A program made the position numbers and the translations under genes. This document shows, in pieces, positions 27,444 through 37,896 of a DNA stretch of 54,752 bases; the first letter of the stretch is position 1, and every line of letters starts with the position of its first letter. Below the pieces are notes generated by a model, which had not been told where the DNA came from, did not search any database, and was given only the letters and a program-made list of their open reading frames with translations. Origin of the DNA: a virus (lineage: Duplodnaviria > Caudoviricetes); IMG/VR virus record IMGVR_UViG_3300032223_000633, positions 1 through 54,752 of that record; one strand, written 5' to 3'.

Positions 27444-27489
27444 GGAGATGGTACCCGTATTATTTTTGTTATTATTGGGTACCGTTTTA

Positions 27490-28815
27490 TTACATAATGT
27501 TTACGACTTTGAAACCACGATAGTAAACATTGCTTGTTACATTGATAGCGCCGAGGTCTTGTGTTGTACCATTAGCAAATGGGTTAGCAACAATACCGTA
27601 ACGAGTTTTGAAACCAATCTTTGGTTGGAAAGTATTGGTGTCAACAGCACGAACCATTTGGAGAGGAACGTATGGGCAGTAGAACAAACCTGCGTCATAA
27701 GCGTTACTACCTTTATAACCAACAACAGCAAACTCTGCAGTTGAAGAAGCGATAAAGTATGGATCAATGTAGACTTTCAAACGACCAAACATTGTACCAG
27801 CAAATGTGTTACCGGTGTCATCAACTGTTAGGTTAACTTGACCTTGTAAAGCAGAATTGTAATCTAACAATCCAGCCATTGCAAATGCAGAAGCAACGTC
27901 TGAAGAACAAATTACAACATTACCTTTACCACGACGAGTTTGTTTAGCAATAGTATTTGCTTCACGTTCGATTTGGAATGCCAAACCTTTGATCTTTTCA
28001 ACCATCCAACGACCGTTAGAATCTGTGTCAAGGTCAAATGTACCAGCACTTGTTGTACCAATTTGAGCACCAACTTTTGCAGAGAAATAAATTGTGCGTA
28101 AAACTTCACGATTGATCTCAGCAAGAATTTCTGCAGAAAGAATATTTGCTAATTCTGTTTCAGCGTCAAGACCGTGAACTGCTTTCAAGTCTTGTGCCAA
28201 TTCCATTGAGTATTCAGCTTTCAAGGCACGTGTCTTAGCAGATACAGTTACTTTCTCGATTGTGAAACCCATTTCAGCAGGTGTCAAATCTTCAGCAGTA
28301 GCAGTTGCCATTGCAGTGCAAGCAGCAGCATTACCAGTAAAGGTGTTACTGTTGTAAGCAGCATTGTATGTAACATTCAATGCGGTTTGTGCACCAGAGA
28401 TACCTGAGAAACCAGTGTTTGCTTCATTGTAGAATGCTTCGATGCCTGAAGAAGCAACATTGCGGTTTGTACCGTATGTTGAACGCATTGCAAAGATCAA
28501 GCCAGTAGGACCAGTCATTGGTTGAACGCCACAGATATCGTAAGCGATCAAGTTAGGCAATGAACGGCGTACCAAACTGATAAGAATTGGATCAAAACCA
28601 GCAACAGGACCTGCAGGTGATGAACCACCTGAGAAACCGCCTGTACCAGCAGCATTGGTTACTTCGTTGATACCAGCTTCTTTGAGCATGGCTTGTTGTT
28701 GATTCTCAAGGACTAACGCTGTAACTGCTCTGCGATATGAATCCTTGATTGGGGTCAATTCTGAATGTTCAAGAACTGGTGCCCATTTTTTTTGTAGGTC
28801 TTCCGATAGATACAT
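27490..28815 (-). CDS. gp23: major capsid protein
   Basis: KKWAPVL, DPILISLVRR, GVQPMTGPTGLIFAMR, ELAQDLKAVHGLDAE, YCPYVPLQM, TFQPKIGFKTRYG. Confidence 0.99.
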   Translation of the reverse strand: MYLSEDLQKKWAPVLEHSELTPIKDSYRRAVTALVLENQQQAMLKEAGINEVTNAAGTGGFSGGSSPAGPVAGFDPILISLVRRSLPNLIAYDICGVQPMTGPTGLIFAMRSTYGTNRNVASSGIEAFYNEANTGFSGISGAQTALNVTYNAAYNSNTFTGNAAACTAMATATAEDLTPAEMGFTIEKVTVSAKTRALKAEYSMELAQDLKAVHGLDAETELANILSAEILAEINREVLRTIYFSAKVGAQIGTTSAGTFDLDTDSNGRWMVEKIKGLAFQIEREANTIAKQTRRGKGNVVICSSDVASAFAMAGLLDYNSALQGQVNLTVDDTGNTFAGTMFGRLKVYIDPYFIASSTAEFAVVGYKGSNAYDAGLFYCPYVPLQMVRAVDTNTFQPKIGFKTRYGIVANPFANGTTQDLGAINVTSNVYYRGFKVVNIM

Positions 28816-28836
28816 ATAAATCTCCTTTGTTGTTAA

Positions 28837-29841
28837 TTATTTCTTATTACTTTTTGAAATTGCTTGCATGACGGAATTGACATAAGGATCTAAAGATGCC
28901 TGATGTTTTTCGGAACCGTCTTCTACCTGTTCATGTAGTTGGTCAGCATCAGCCTTTTTAACATTGCCTGATGGGAAGTAGTTTTCACGGATAGTTTCAA
29001 GTTTGTTTTTGTATTCGTCCTCTGTGGAGAATTCAACACCCTCTGCGAGTGATTTGATTTTTTCAACTTGAGTAGCGATCAACCCTTCGGTAACTGCATG
29101 GGTAATTTCTTGTTTACGTGATTCAACCAATGACTTCTTGATTTCAATACCACGTTCGATTTCTTCGTTAAGTTGGCCTTCAAGTTCTTCAACTTTAGAT
29201 GCTAACTCTTCTACCAAATCAACTTTGTCTGTAGGAACATCAATGTAATGTTCTACGAATAGATTTTTAAGACCAGCAATAAAATCTTCTGTTAATTCAG
29301 CACGTAGACCTTTTTCGATTGCAATTTCATTGTCGGCAATCCATTGTTCTACAACATATGACAAGTAATCATTTACTTTTTCTGTCAAATCTGTTTTAAC
29401 TGATTCTACTGCTTCTTCTAACATAGATGCATAGCGTGATTCAACTTCTTCTTCCAATTGTGAAATACGGTCTTGAACTCTTGCTTCAAAAATGGTTGTA
29501 ACTTTTGATCGGAATTCTTCAGAAATTGTTGAATCAGCAAACATTGCATCAATATCACTTGATACATCTAATAATTCACCTTCAACTTCTGATTCTTCTC
29601 TTGATAAAGTTTTCTTTGCCATTTCAGCTGAAGCATCTGATGGTTTTGTTGTTGGTGCAGTTGCAGACTTTGATGATGGTGTGATCTTTGCAGAATCATC
29701 ATCGTTCTTGTAATTCTGTGGTGTTGGACCACCTGCATCATGAATTTCTGCGCCTTCTGGTTTTTCCATAGGCATAGCGTTCTTCCCTTTGCTACCGGAA
29801 AGAATTTCGGCTGCTGCCTCAAAAAGTTTATTTGTTGCCAT
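28837..29841 (-). CDS. gp22: prohead core scaffolding protein
   Basis: SEEFRSKVTTIFEA, YLSYVVEQW, LKNLFVEHYIDVP; acidic coiled coil before gp23. Confidence 0.95.
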   Translation of the reverse strand: MATNKLFEAAAEILSGSKGKNAMPMEKPEGAEIHDAGGPTPQNYKNDDDSAKITPSSKSATAPTTKPSDASAEMAKKTLSREESEVEGELLDVSSDIDAMFADSTISEEFRSKVTTIFEARVQDRISQLEEEVESRYASMLEEAVESVKTDLTEKVNDYLSYVVEQWIADNEIAIEKGLRAELTEDFIAGLKNLFVEHYIDVPTDKVDLVEELASKVEELEGQLNEEIERGIEIKKSLVESRKQEITHAVTEGLIATQVEKIKSLAEGVEFSTEDEYKNKLETIRENYFPSGNVKKADADQLHEQVEDGSEKHQASLDPYVNSVMQAISKSNKK

Positions 29842-29863
29842 TGAAAATCTCCTTTTGTTTATT

Positions 29864-29871
29864 TATTTATA
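29864..29871 (-). promoter_or_regulatory. late promoter for gp22-gp23
   Basis: TATAAATA upstream of the AGGAG SD. Confidence 0.85.
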
Positions 29872-29875
29872 ATAA

Positions 29876-30526
29876 TTAAAGTTTTGATAAAAAGTTTTCG
29901 AAGAGTTTCAGTGAAACTTCTTCTATTTGCTTACTTGAGGCTTTTCTAATTTGCTTTCTTGAGTTATCAATGTCGATCTCTACGAAACGACCCTCAACAA
30001 ATAGCCATTCTTTGCCTTCCATAATACCATTTACAAATGCACCAGGTGCTGATGGATCTGCAACAATATCTGCAGCTGTAGCAAGACGAAAATCATCTTG
30101 CACAACATTGACACCCTCATTATTAGCAACTAATGAACCCATACCTCTTGATGATACACCTAGACTAACACCCGAATCAATAAAGTTTTTAACAATATTA
30201 CCATAAGGTGTTTCTAAGATCATTGCTTTACCAACAAAAGTATTGCCTTCTTTAGTCAAACTAACAATTTTGTGTGATACTCTTTCTAAATTAATACTAG
30301 GAGTATCTGGATGTCCTAACTCTCCTAAAGCACGATTGGTATTAATATACTCTTCAGTATATCTTTGAACTTCACGCTCTAGAATAGGCATCTTATAAAT
30401 TCTTCTATTCTTATTTGGTTCTTCAGCAACTAAAAATCGTCCTTCAATAAACAATGATTTTTTACCTGCTTCGTTTGATTCAGTAATATAATTTACTGAT
30501 TCAATATTTTCTCTAATTAGTTTCAT
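29876..30526 (-). CDS. gp21: prohead protease
   Basis: ALGELGHP, VSHKI, GVSSRGMGS, DIVADPSAP. Confidence 0.97.
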   Translation of the reverse strand: MKLIRENIESVNYITESNEAGKKSLFIEGRFLVAEEPNKNRRIYKMPILEREVQRYTEEYINTNRALGELGHPDTPSINLERVSHKIVSLTKEGNTFVGKAMILETPYGNIVKNFIDSGVSLGVSSRGMGSLVANNEGVNVVQDDFRLATAADIVADPSAPGAFVNGIMEGKEWLFVEGRFVEIDIDNSRKQIRKASSKQIEEVSLKLFENFLSKL

Positions 30527-30540
30527 AGTAGTTATTCCGA

Positions 30541-30903
30541 TTAAGCAAATGCTTGGCTATAAACATCGTTAGCATAATTAGCATGTTTAGATACTTCCAT
30601 AATGATTGATCCACCTGTTGCAATAGTGCATACAATGTTTGCCGTTGAAGTGTTGGATATTGCATATCCAAATTCATCAAATTTCATATCACCAGTTTGA
30701 TATAATGATAACAATGTTGGTCCGCCTGTTCTTGAAATGGTAATAGAACCATTAGTAGACCAAGTAATTCTACGAAGAGAAGCTGATGTTATTGTTTCTT
30801 GAGCAGAAGCTGAAAGATCGGTTAACTGAATGGTATAAGTTGCTGGACCTTCAGCACGAACAATACTAGTACCTTTTCTTGAATTTGTTACTTCATAAGT
30901 CAT
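30541..30903 (-). CDS. hypothetical virion protein
   Basis: S/T-rich beta protein inside the head operon. Confidence 0.6.
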   Translation of the reverse strand: MTYEVTNSRKGTSIVRAEGPATYTIQLTDLSASAQETITSASLRRITWSTNGSITISRTGGPTLLSLYQTGDMKFDEFGYAISNTSTANIVCTIATGGSIIMEVSKHANYANDVYSQAFA

Positions 30904-30904
30904 T

Positions 30905-31330
30905 TTACTTTATCCCCATTGAGTTGCGGCGGCGAATTGATTGTTTTCTTCTCATCAATACTCTTCTAATTTTCGCACGACCTTTTGTTTTCCAATATCT
31001 TTTTAACATTCTAGCTTTGTGAATTCTTGCAGTTGCAGGAATTCGTTTAACTGTATTACCAGAAAGTCTATAACCTTTTATTGCAGATTTACGAACATTT
31101 CGTTGAAGTATTATTTTATTCTTTTTGTTTCTACGAATTCTTCGTCTAATCTTTAAAACTCTTCCTTGTTTGATAATATTTGCTTCATCTAATTCAACTT
31201 CTTCAAATGAACTTTCGGCAACATATCTCTTTGCTTCTTCTAATCTCTTTTGAGTAATTTCATTTAGTTTGGCAAATATTAATTCTTTTGCTTCACTGAG
31301 TCTATCACTTAAAATTAAATCTATAATCAT
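30905..31330 (-). CDS. prohead core protein (gp68-like)
   Basis: Highly basic C-terminus ending RRKQSIRRRNSMGIK; EEVELDEA processing-like motif; between gp20 and gp21. Confidence 0.7.
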   Translation of the reverse strand: MIIDLILSDRLSEAKELIFAKLNEITQKRLEEAKRYVAESSFEEVELDEANIIKQGRVLKIRRRIRRNKKNKIILQRNVRKSAIKGYRLSGNTVKRIPATARIHKARMLKRYWKTKGRAKIRRVLMRRKQSIRRRNSMGIK

Positions 31331-32013
31331 TTGGCACGCTTAAAAGCAAAGTCGGAGGCTTTTTGAAAATGACTAGGACTTTTATGTACCATAGCTGCAA
31401 ACTTCTTTTTATTCTCATCATTCAATGCACCATGAACTTGTGTTAATGCAGATGCAGTAAAATGATCTACTTTACGTGTATGTCCAGATGCAAATTTAAC
31501 CGATTTGGCAGATTTATCAGACACTATCTTATGTAGTGTATCCATTACTGCCTCTTCTAATTCTACTTCTTCAGTTTGAATATTTGCATCAATAGGTTTA
31601 TCTGATGAATAAGGGACACTAAAATACTTTTTAAGTTTATCATTATAGTATAAAGCAATCTTAGTATCATCTGGATACAAACGAATTGCCTTTCTTTTCA
31701 ATACCAATACATTAGGAGGATCACCTTTATCTTCTTCTAAAATTTCAATATCTTCTTTTACTGCTCTACGTGCTTGTGAGAAGATTTGTTTATTATTGGT
31801 AATAACATCTACCATTTTATTGAAAATGTTTTGAATGATTGCTCTATCAGCAGGAGAGAAATTTGGTTTCTCTTCTTCCATTTTACCAAGAATTTTGTGT
31901 AGTCTTTGTATTTGTGCTTTGTTACCTAAACCAGCACGTACCAAGATATCAAACTTTGAATAGTCTGATTTTTCTTCTTCTACGATTGACTTAAATTCTT
32001 GTAATGATTTCAT
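31327..32013 (-). CDS. putative internal head protein
   Basis: N-terminus MKSLQEFKSIVEE resembles the T4 capsid-targeting sequence; internal EILEE and EVELEEA motifs. Confidence 0.6.
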   Translation of the reverse strand: MKSLQEFKSIVEEEKSDYSKFDILVRAGLGNKAQIQRLHKILGKMEEEKPNFSPADRAIIQNIFNKMVDVITNNKQIFSQARRAVKEDIEILEEDKGDPPNVLVLKRKAIRLYPDDTKIALYYNDKLKKYFSVPYSSDKPIDANIQTEEVELEEAVMDTLHKIVSDKSAKSVKFASGHTRKVDHFTASALTQVHGALNDENKKKFAAMVHKSPSHFQKASDFAFKRAK

Positions 32014-32017
32014 TTTA

Positions 32018-32203
32018 TTATGTTTCTGCAGTTTCTTGTGCTTCTATTTCTGGTTGATTACCAAATAATGAATTTGCAATTTCTTGTTTTCTTGATTCTA
32101 AATTTTCAAAAGCACGAGCGGCCAATAACTCCTCAAGTGCATCTTTAGCACCTACGTTATCTCCTTGACCTACTAAATCTATAAAATTTCTAATTTGTTC
32201 CAT
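32018..32203 (-). CDS. small acidic prohead core protein (gp67-like)
   Basis: 61 aa, LESRKQEIANSLF, immediately after the portal gene. Confidence 0.7.
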   Translation of the reverse strand: MEQIRNFIDLVGQGDNVGAKDALEELLAARAFENLESRKQEIANSLFGNQPEIEAQETAET

Positions 32204-32213
32204 AATATTCTCC

Positions 32214-33884
32214 TTATTTCATATTTATAACTTTGGAATACTTTTCTACCTGTTTATCTAATTCAGGTGTTTCCGATTCGTTTGAACCTTTATCTGCAGT
32301 ATTATCTACTGGTGGATATTGTTCAGGTGTTGCTTGTTCTTGATCTTGACCTTGATCTAAGGGTTGTCCATCAGGTCCAGTTTGTTCAGGTGGAGGTTCT
32401 GCATCAATTTGTTTTTGCATATCTTCAATTTCTTCCTCAGTCAAACGCAATACATTTTTCTTTACCCATTCTTGTGAGTAATACTTACCAACATATGGTT
32501 CAACTAAATTAAGAATTGATAATCTTTGTTGAAGTAAATCTGATTCTTTTAATTCTACAAAGTTATTATCTTTCTTATAATCATAATAGATATCTTCTCT
32601 AAATTTATCCCACTCTTCTTCGGTACATACACCTTTCAAAGATAATTGAACACGTAATGCATGGTCAAATAATTGAGAAAACTTATTGCGAAGTCTATTA
32701 ATAAACTTATTAAATCTTAATTCATCTCTAGTTAATTCAGTTGTTCTACCAATACCTGCCATACCACCACCTTGTTGTTGTTCCATTCTTGAATACGGAA
32801 CACTAAGTGATTGTAATAATTTCTTTTGAAAGTATTGAACATCTTCAATCTGACCAAGATTTTGTCCTGCAGGCAATGTTGTAATTTCTGTTCCTTTACC
32901 ACCTTCTCTACGTGGTAACCAAAAATCTTCCAACATTGACATATGTTTACGATCATCTCTTAACTCACCAGTATTAGCATCATATACCATTTTGTTACGA
33001 TACTTAGTCATAACATCACGCATATACTGTTCTGCTTTACCTTTTGGTAAATTACCCACATCAATATAAAATATTCTACGTTCTGGTGCTCTAGATAATC
33101 TATAGATAACTACAGCATCTTCAATCATTCTTAATTGATTGAGTGGTTTAATTGCTTTATGCAAATAAGAAATAACAAAAGTATTCTTTGCATCCATTAA
33201 TCCAGAGTTTACATTAACAATAGACTCTGGTGCAATTCTTAATCCTTGAGATACACCTGCAGTGTAACTTTGTGTAATAGTACCACGGTCATTATACATG
33301 TAGTATTCAGCAATAGACTGAATAATCTCTGCACCTGTTTTTGGATCTCTTGCTTTTTTAATCTCACGAATTTTTCTAATCTTTCGTGGATCAACATATC
33401 TTAATTCTTTAATACCGTCTTTAGGTTTCTTTTCATCTAAAACAATCTGAAAGTAAATTCTACCATCAATAAACCAGCGTTTGTAAATATCATCTGCAAG
33501 ATTGCTAAAGTTTAACATCTTCAAAACAGTATCAAATTCTTCGTGGATTTTCTTTTTAATTGAATCTGGTTGTTTAAGATTATCCATAACCAAATCAACA
33601 ACTGTACCATCATCATCATGTGTAATAGACTCATTAACAATTTCATTAATTGCCATTTCACATTCAGGATGATTTGCCATTTCTCTATAACGAGTAATTA
33701 ACTCCAATTCATTACGAACAGAACCTTCTAAATCTACATAGGTACCGTAATGAGCATTTTGAGTAATGGTAACCGCACCATCATCAAGTGTCTGATTAGG
33801 TGGAGTGAAAGAAGGTTGCTCAGGTTTCTCAACCTGAACAACGTCCTTGTTTCCTAGTGTAAAACCAAATAACTTTATAGCCAC
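32214..33884 (-). CDS. gp20: portal protein
   Basis: NQLRMIEDAVVIYRLSRAPERRIFYIDVGNLPK, EDFWLPRREGGKGTEI. Confidence 0.98.
   Translation of the reverse strand: MAIKLFGFTLGNKDVVQVEKPEQPSFTPPNQTLDDGAVTITQNAHYGTYVDLEGSVRNELELITRYREMANHPECEMAINEIVNESITHDDDGTVVDLVMDNLKQPDSIKKKIHEEFDTVLKMLNFSNLADDIYKRWFIDGRIYFQIVLDEKKPKDGIKELRYVDPRKIRKIREIKKARDPKTGAEIIQSIAEYYMYNDRGTITQSYTAGVSQGLRIAPESIVNVNSGLMDAKNTFVISYLHKAIKPLNQLRMIEDAVVIYRLSRAPERRIFYIDVGNLPKGKAEQYMRDVMTKYRNKMVYDANTGELRDDRKHMSMLEDFWLPRREGGKGTEITTLPAGQNLGQIEDVQYFQKKLLQSLSVPYSRMEQQQGGGMAGIGRTTELTRDELRFNKFINRLRNKFSQLFDHALRVQLSLKGVCTEEEWDKFREDIYYDYKKDNNFVELKESDLLQQRLSILNLVEPYVGKYYSQEWVKKNVLRLTEEEIEDMQKQIDAEPPPEQTGPDGQPLDQGQDQEQATPEQYPPVDNTADKGSNESETPELDKQVEKYSKVINMK
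32222..32229 (-). promoter_or_regulatory. late promoter for the gp67-gp21 unit
   Basis: TATAAATA in the last codons of gp20, 18 nt before the next ATG with AGGAG SD. Confidence 0.75.
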
Positions 33885-33907
33885 TATTATTTCCTTTATG
33901 TCATTAT

Positions 33908-33937
33908 AAAAAGTATAAGGAGAATCTCCCTATACTT
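33908..33937 (-). terminator. intrinsic terminator after gp19
   Basis: Minus strand AAGTATAGGGAG-ATT-CTCCTTATACTT-TTT. Confidence 0.7.
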
Positions 33938-34481
33938 ATACTACACCATCCCTTACTGCATCCCACCATTGGTAGGTTAGGTTAACTGTGAATTCTTCAA
34001 TTGTATCATTTGAACCCCAATCAACATCAATTGCGGACAAATCTGTTGGAAACACGCCAATGAAATTATATTCTTTAACAATACTACCACTTTTACCATA
34101 TTGGCGAACTGCGGCATTTTGAGTATATCCTAATTGCCCTTGTGCTGCGGGATTACGAATGTTATTATTGTGACTATTCAAACCATTCATCCAGCGTTCA
34201 AAGGCATTACGAATAACAAAATCTTCATCATTGATAACTGTAACTGACCAATCAGCAAAGGTTCTGTTACCAGCAAATTTCAATTCACGTCCAAAATACT
34301 GAACGGGAACTGAATTTACTGCTGAGCCTGGCAATTGAGCAGTCTTACACATGAAACTAAATTTTCTACTTGCGTTTCCAGGAATTGCCCAGAAAGGAAA
34401 TTCCATTGATACTTCAAATAGATTTGGTCTTGCTCCATCTCCTACTAACTGAGAGCGGAACTCGTTTACATTAAAAGCCAT
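33936..34481 (-). CDS. gp19: tail tube protein
   Basis: GARPNLFEV, AGNRTFADW, NDEDF, IEEFTV. Confidence 0.96.
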   Translation of the reverse strand: MAFNVNEFRSQLVGDGARPNLFEVSMEFPFWAIPGNASRKFSFMCKTAQLPGSAVNSVPVQYFGRELKFAGNRTFADWSVTVINDEDFVIRNAFERWMNGLNSHNNNIRNPAAQGQLGYTQNAAVRQYGKSGSIVKEYNFIGVFPTDLSAIDVDWGSNDTIEEFTVNLTYQWWDAVRDGVV

Positions 34482-34508
34482 TTAATATTCTCCTATCTCT
34501 CTTATTTA

Positions 34509-36206
34509 TTAGATTGCACCAACGATTTCATCAAATGCAACACCAGTTCCAACTGCAACAAAATTAAGTTGTATGAAGTTGATTGAACGAGCAGGTTTGA
34601 TGTAGATATCACCAACAAATTGATTTGAATCAATAACATTTGCGGTATTATTCGTTGTATCACAGATAACTCTGTAATCGTAAATACCACGGCGACCTTT
34701 AATTTCACGTAGATAAGGTTCTACAAGATTTACAAATGCGGCTCTTGTAAATTCATCATTAAATTCAAACAGTGAAGAACGAGCAGCACTAGCGATTGAT
34801 TGTTCCAAGATAATAAACAATCTACGAACATTGATACGATCAAATGCAGATGACTTGCCAGTTTGCAATGTCTTATCACCATAAAGAATTGTGCCTTCAC
34901 CAGCAAATGTTACTACTGGATTAACAGAATTTTTATACAATGTATCTCTTTGTGATGATGTAGGATTCCATGCTAACTTAACAACATTCTTGATAACACC
35001 ACGAGTAACACCAGCGGGTGAGAACCAAGGATCACGATCTGCATCTGTTCTAGCACACAGACCAGCAATGTCACCGTTCAAAGGAATCCAACGATACACA
35101 TTGTTGTATTTGTCAAATTGATATTTGTAACCACTATCAATAAATGCATATGATGATTTTGTATATGTAGCAACTGTTGCAGTAACACTTGTTAATTCAC
35201 TATTGTAATTATTTACAACATCAGCTTGTTGTGGTGAAGCAAATACAATACAGTCTTTACGTGATTCAGCAAGTGCAATTAACTTATTAGGTATTGTTGA
35301 ACCTACTGTTGCACCAGACATTAGAAACGCAATATCTTCTGAATCACCATTGCTATACAAATCATATGTTGCACTGATATTTGCTGCAGTTGGTGTATCA
35401 TCAACACCGCCTGCTAATGATGCAGTTAAATTACCAGAAAGATTTTGAAATGTAACAGCATTGGTAGTTGTATTTCCCCAATTGGTACTTGTACCAGTAA
35501 CTAAATTAGAACCCATTGGATGACCTCTCCACCAAATATATTTTGATTTGGTATTGATTACATCTTTGTAATAGTTACTTGTTCCATCAGGATTTTTAAT
35601 ATCTGATGCTTTTGATGCATATGCAAATCTTTCAATAACAGTATTTGCAGCAGATGAAAATGCACCATCTTCATCAATAACCACAATATGAACTTCATCA
35701 TTTGCAGAATTTTTATTTGCAGCAGCAGTAGATGTACCTGGTGCTGAATCAAAATAAGAATTATAAGCCCATGAACTAAAGTTATTTGAATCTACCATTG
35801 AAACTTTTAATGAATTGCCTAAAGAACCTGCATATTTTGCAGCAAAATAAGTTGCAGAATTTGAACTATAATTTTGTTCGTAATCGTCTTTATTTAATAC
35901 TAAAGATACACTACCTGCACCGCCACCTGCCGCATTTTTAGCAGCAGTACCAACTGAACGAGCAAATTTAAAGTTGGAACCGTATGCTAAGAAGTTAGCA
36001 GCAGTAAAGAATGTTCCGTATGTATTTGCATCTGGTTTACCGAATGTATCTGCAAATTGTGATTCGCTGCTAATAAGTGTTACAGTATTTGCAGGACCCC
36101 AAACAGACGCACCAGCTAAACCACCAATAGAAGTAGATACAGAAGGAACAACTGTAGTCGCATCTACTTCGGAGACCAAAACTCCTGGTGATAATTGAAA
36201 AGCCAT
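34509..36206 (-). CDS. gp18: tail sheath protein
   Basis: SPGV, WFSPAG, YGDKT, FDRINVRRLF, FEFND, IKPARSINFI. Confidence 0.97.
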   Translation of the reverse strand: MAFQLSPGVLVSEVDATTVVPSVSTSIGGLAGASVWGPANTVTLISSESQFADTFGKPDANTYGTFFTAANFLAYGSNFKFARSVGTAAKNAAGGGAGSVSLVLNKDDYEQNYSSNSATYFAAKYAGSLGNSLKVSMVDSNNFSSWAYNSYFDSAPGTSTAAANKNSANDEVHIVVIDEDGAFSSAANTVIERFAYASKASDIKNPDGTSNYYKDVINTKSKYIWWRGHPMGSNLVTGTSTNWGNTTTNAVTFQNLSGNLTASLAGGVDDTPTAANISATYDLYSNGDSEDIAFLMSGATVGSTIPNKLIALAESRKDCIVFASPQQADVVNNYNSELTSVTATVATYTKSSYAFIDSGYKYQFDKYNNVYRWIPLNGDIAGLCARTDADRDPWFSPAGVTRGVIKNVVKLAWNPTSSQRDTLYKNSVNPVVTFAGEGTILYGDKTLQTGKSSAFDRINVRRLFIILEQSIASAARSSLFEFNDEFTRAAFVNLVEPYLREIKGRRGIYDYRVICDTTNNTANVIDSNQFVGDIYIKPARSINFIQLNFVAVGTGVAFDEIVGAI

Positions 36207-36256
36207 GTTATTTTCTCCTTTTTATATTCATGGAATTTATAACTCAATTTATAGTA

Positions 36257-36264
36257 TATTTATA
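36257..36264 (-). promoter_or_regulatory. late promoter for gp18-gp19
   Basis: TATAAATA in the gp17-gp18 gap. Confidence 0.85.
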
Positions 36265-36267
36265 ATT

Positions 36268-37896
36268 TTAGAATGTTGAAGGCATATAACCACGATTTTT
36301 TGCTACAGTCCATATATCTTCCCCATCAAATATCTTTTCGTCCTCTTTTCCATCATCAAAAATACCTATTGGCATATATTCTTCTTCTAAATGCATCTTG
36401 TTTTCTTCCATTAATCTACGTCTGATATCAGAATTTGTAGTTTCTCTAAAGAAAGTTTGTGATGTTAACCAAGAAAATAAAACTAATGCCATCACCAAAT
36501 CGTCATGATTACCTTCTTCTGCCTCATATGAATCTCTTACCTTGACAAATGTGTTTAACTCAGATATAATATCAAAATCTTCAATAATTAGTTTCTTTGT
36601 TTCTACCAAAGTCTTTAAGTTTGCACACCCAATCTTCTTAACAGGTGTTGTGGTCTTTATACCAAATGATACTGCTCTTTTATAACCAGCAGATAAATGC
36701 TGACCTTTTGTTACATGTTTCTGTATTTTGAATATATTCTCATATTCTAATTCATAATGTAGAATATCAACTACTTGTTGACCTACATTATTAGTCTCTG
36801 CTAACAGAAATGCACCATTATATCTCTGTCCAATATTATATATGATTGTTGGAAAGAGTAAAGGTGCAATGTTATTATCTCTATATTTTGCAACTAATTT
36901 ATATGGTATATCAGTTACATCAACAACTGCAACTGTAGAATAGTCTTGACCTACACCCTCTGCACAGTCTACAGTCATTACATAGGTTCTATTAGGTTCA
37001 GGCATGTCATAGATATCTAAACCCTCAAGTGAATTTAATGGGTTTCTAAATGCTAATTGTCTTAAGATAACACCTGGAATTAATGTTGCAGATGAACCAA
37101 TAAATTCAGTTTCAAACTCTTGTTGAAATTGCTCTTCACTAGTGTTTCGTATTGTTTCTTCTTTCCATCTTTGATCTCTTCCTGGTACCATTGACCAGTG
37201 AACTTCAAGTGGCCTATATAATGATCTTTTTTCTGTAGCATCTACCCACATCTTATAGAAGTGATTTAGACCATAAGGCGTAGATACAATAATAACTTTT
37301 GTTGTTGTACCTGAAGAGATAACGGGATATGTAGATGTAAAGAAATCGTTTGCCATATTTTGTGGAACGAAAGCAAACTCATCAAGAAAAATTAAGTTAT
37401 ATGTTCCTCCACGAACACCAGAATTTGATGTTGCAAATGCAGCAATCTTAGAACCGTTCTCTAATTCTAAACTTCTTTTATTCCAAACTATAATACCCTG
37501 TTGTAACCAAAGTGGTAAGTATTCATATGCATATTGTATTCTACTTAAAATGTCTTGTGCAAGATTACCTTTGTTGGCAAGAATTGCAACTGAAAAGTTG
37601 TCTTTGAACAATACACACCATAACATATAACCTGCAGATGTTGTAGTTTTACCTACTTGTCGTGGCATCTTACAAATACTAAAACGATTCTCATGGAAAT
37701 TCTTAACCATATCTTCTTGAAATGGCCACATCTTAAATGGAATAAGTCCATGATCCACGTTGACGATTTTTACATACGTCTTAATGAAGTAAACAGGATC
37801 ATCTATACACTTTGCAATTTCTATTGCTTGTTCTTCAGTGTATGATAACTCAACCCCTGTTGGTTTTAGTTTTGGATTACCTAGATAACCTTGCAT
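36268..37896 (-). CDS. gp17: terminase large subunit
   Basis: YLGNP, PRQVGKTT, LDEFAF, VSTP, HDDLVM. Confidence 0.98.
   Translation of the reverse strand: MQGYLGNPKLKPTGVELSYTEEQAIEIAKCIDDPVYFIKTYVKIVNVDHGLIPFKMWPFQEDMVKNFHENRFSICKMPRQVGKTTTSAGYMLWCVLFKDNFSVAILANKGNLAQDILSRIQYAYEYLPLWLQQGIIVWNKRSLELENGSKIAAFATSNSGVRGGTYNLIFLDEFAFVPQNMANDFFTSTYPVISSGTTTKVIIVSTPYGLNHFYKMWVDATEKRSLYRPLEVHWSMVPGRDQRWKEETIRNTSEEQFQQEFETEFIGSSATLIPGVILRQLAFRNPLNSLEGLDIYDMPEPNRTYVMTVDCAEGVGQDYSTVAVVDVTDIPYKLVAKYRDNNIAPLLFPTIIYNIGQRYNGAFLLAETNNVGQQVVDILHYELEYENIFKIQKHVTKGQHLSAGYKRAVSFGIKTTTPVKKIGCANLKTLVETKKLIIEDFDIISELNTFVKVRDSYEAEEGNHDDLVMALVLFSWLTSQTFFRETTNSDIRRRLMEENKMHLEEEYMPIGIFDDGKEDEKIFDGEDIWTVAKNRGYMPSTF

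Noticed and set aside
2225-37896. Introns, inteins or homing endonucleases in gp41, gp43, uvsW, gp17, gp20
   Set aside because: All are uninterrupted and of ordinary length; no LAGLIDADG, GIY-YIG, HNH or intein-terminal motifs recognised
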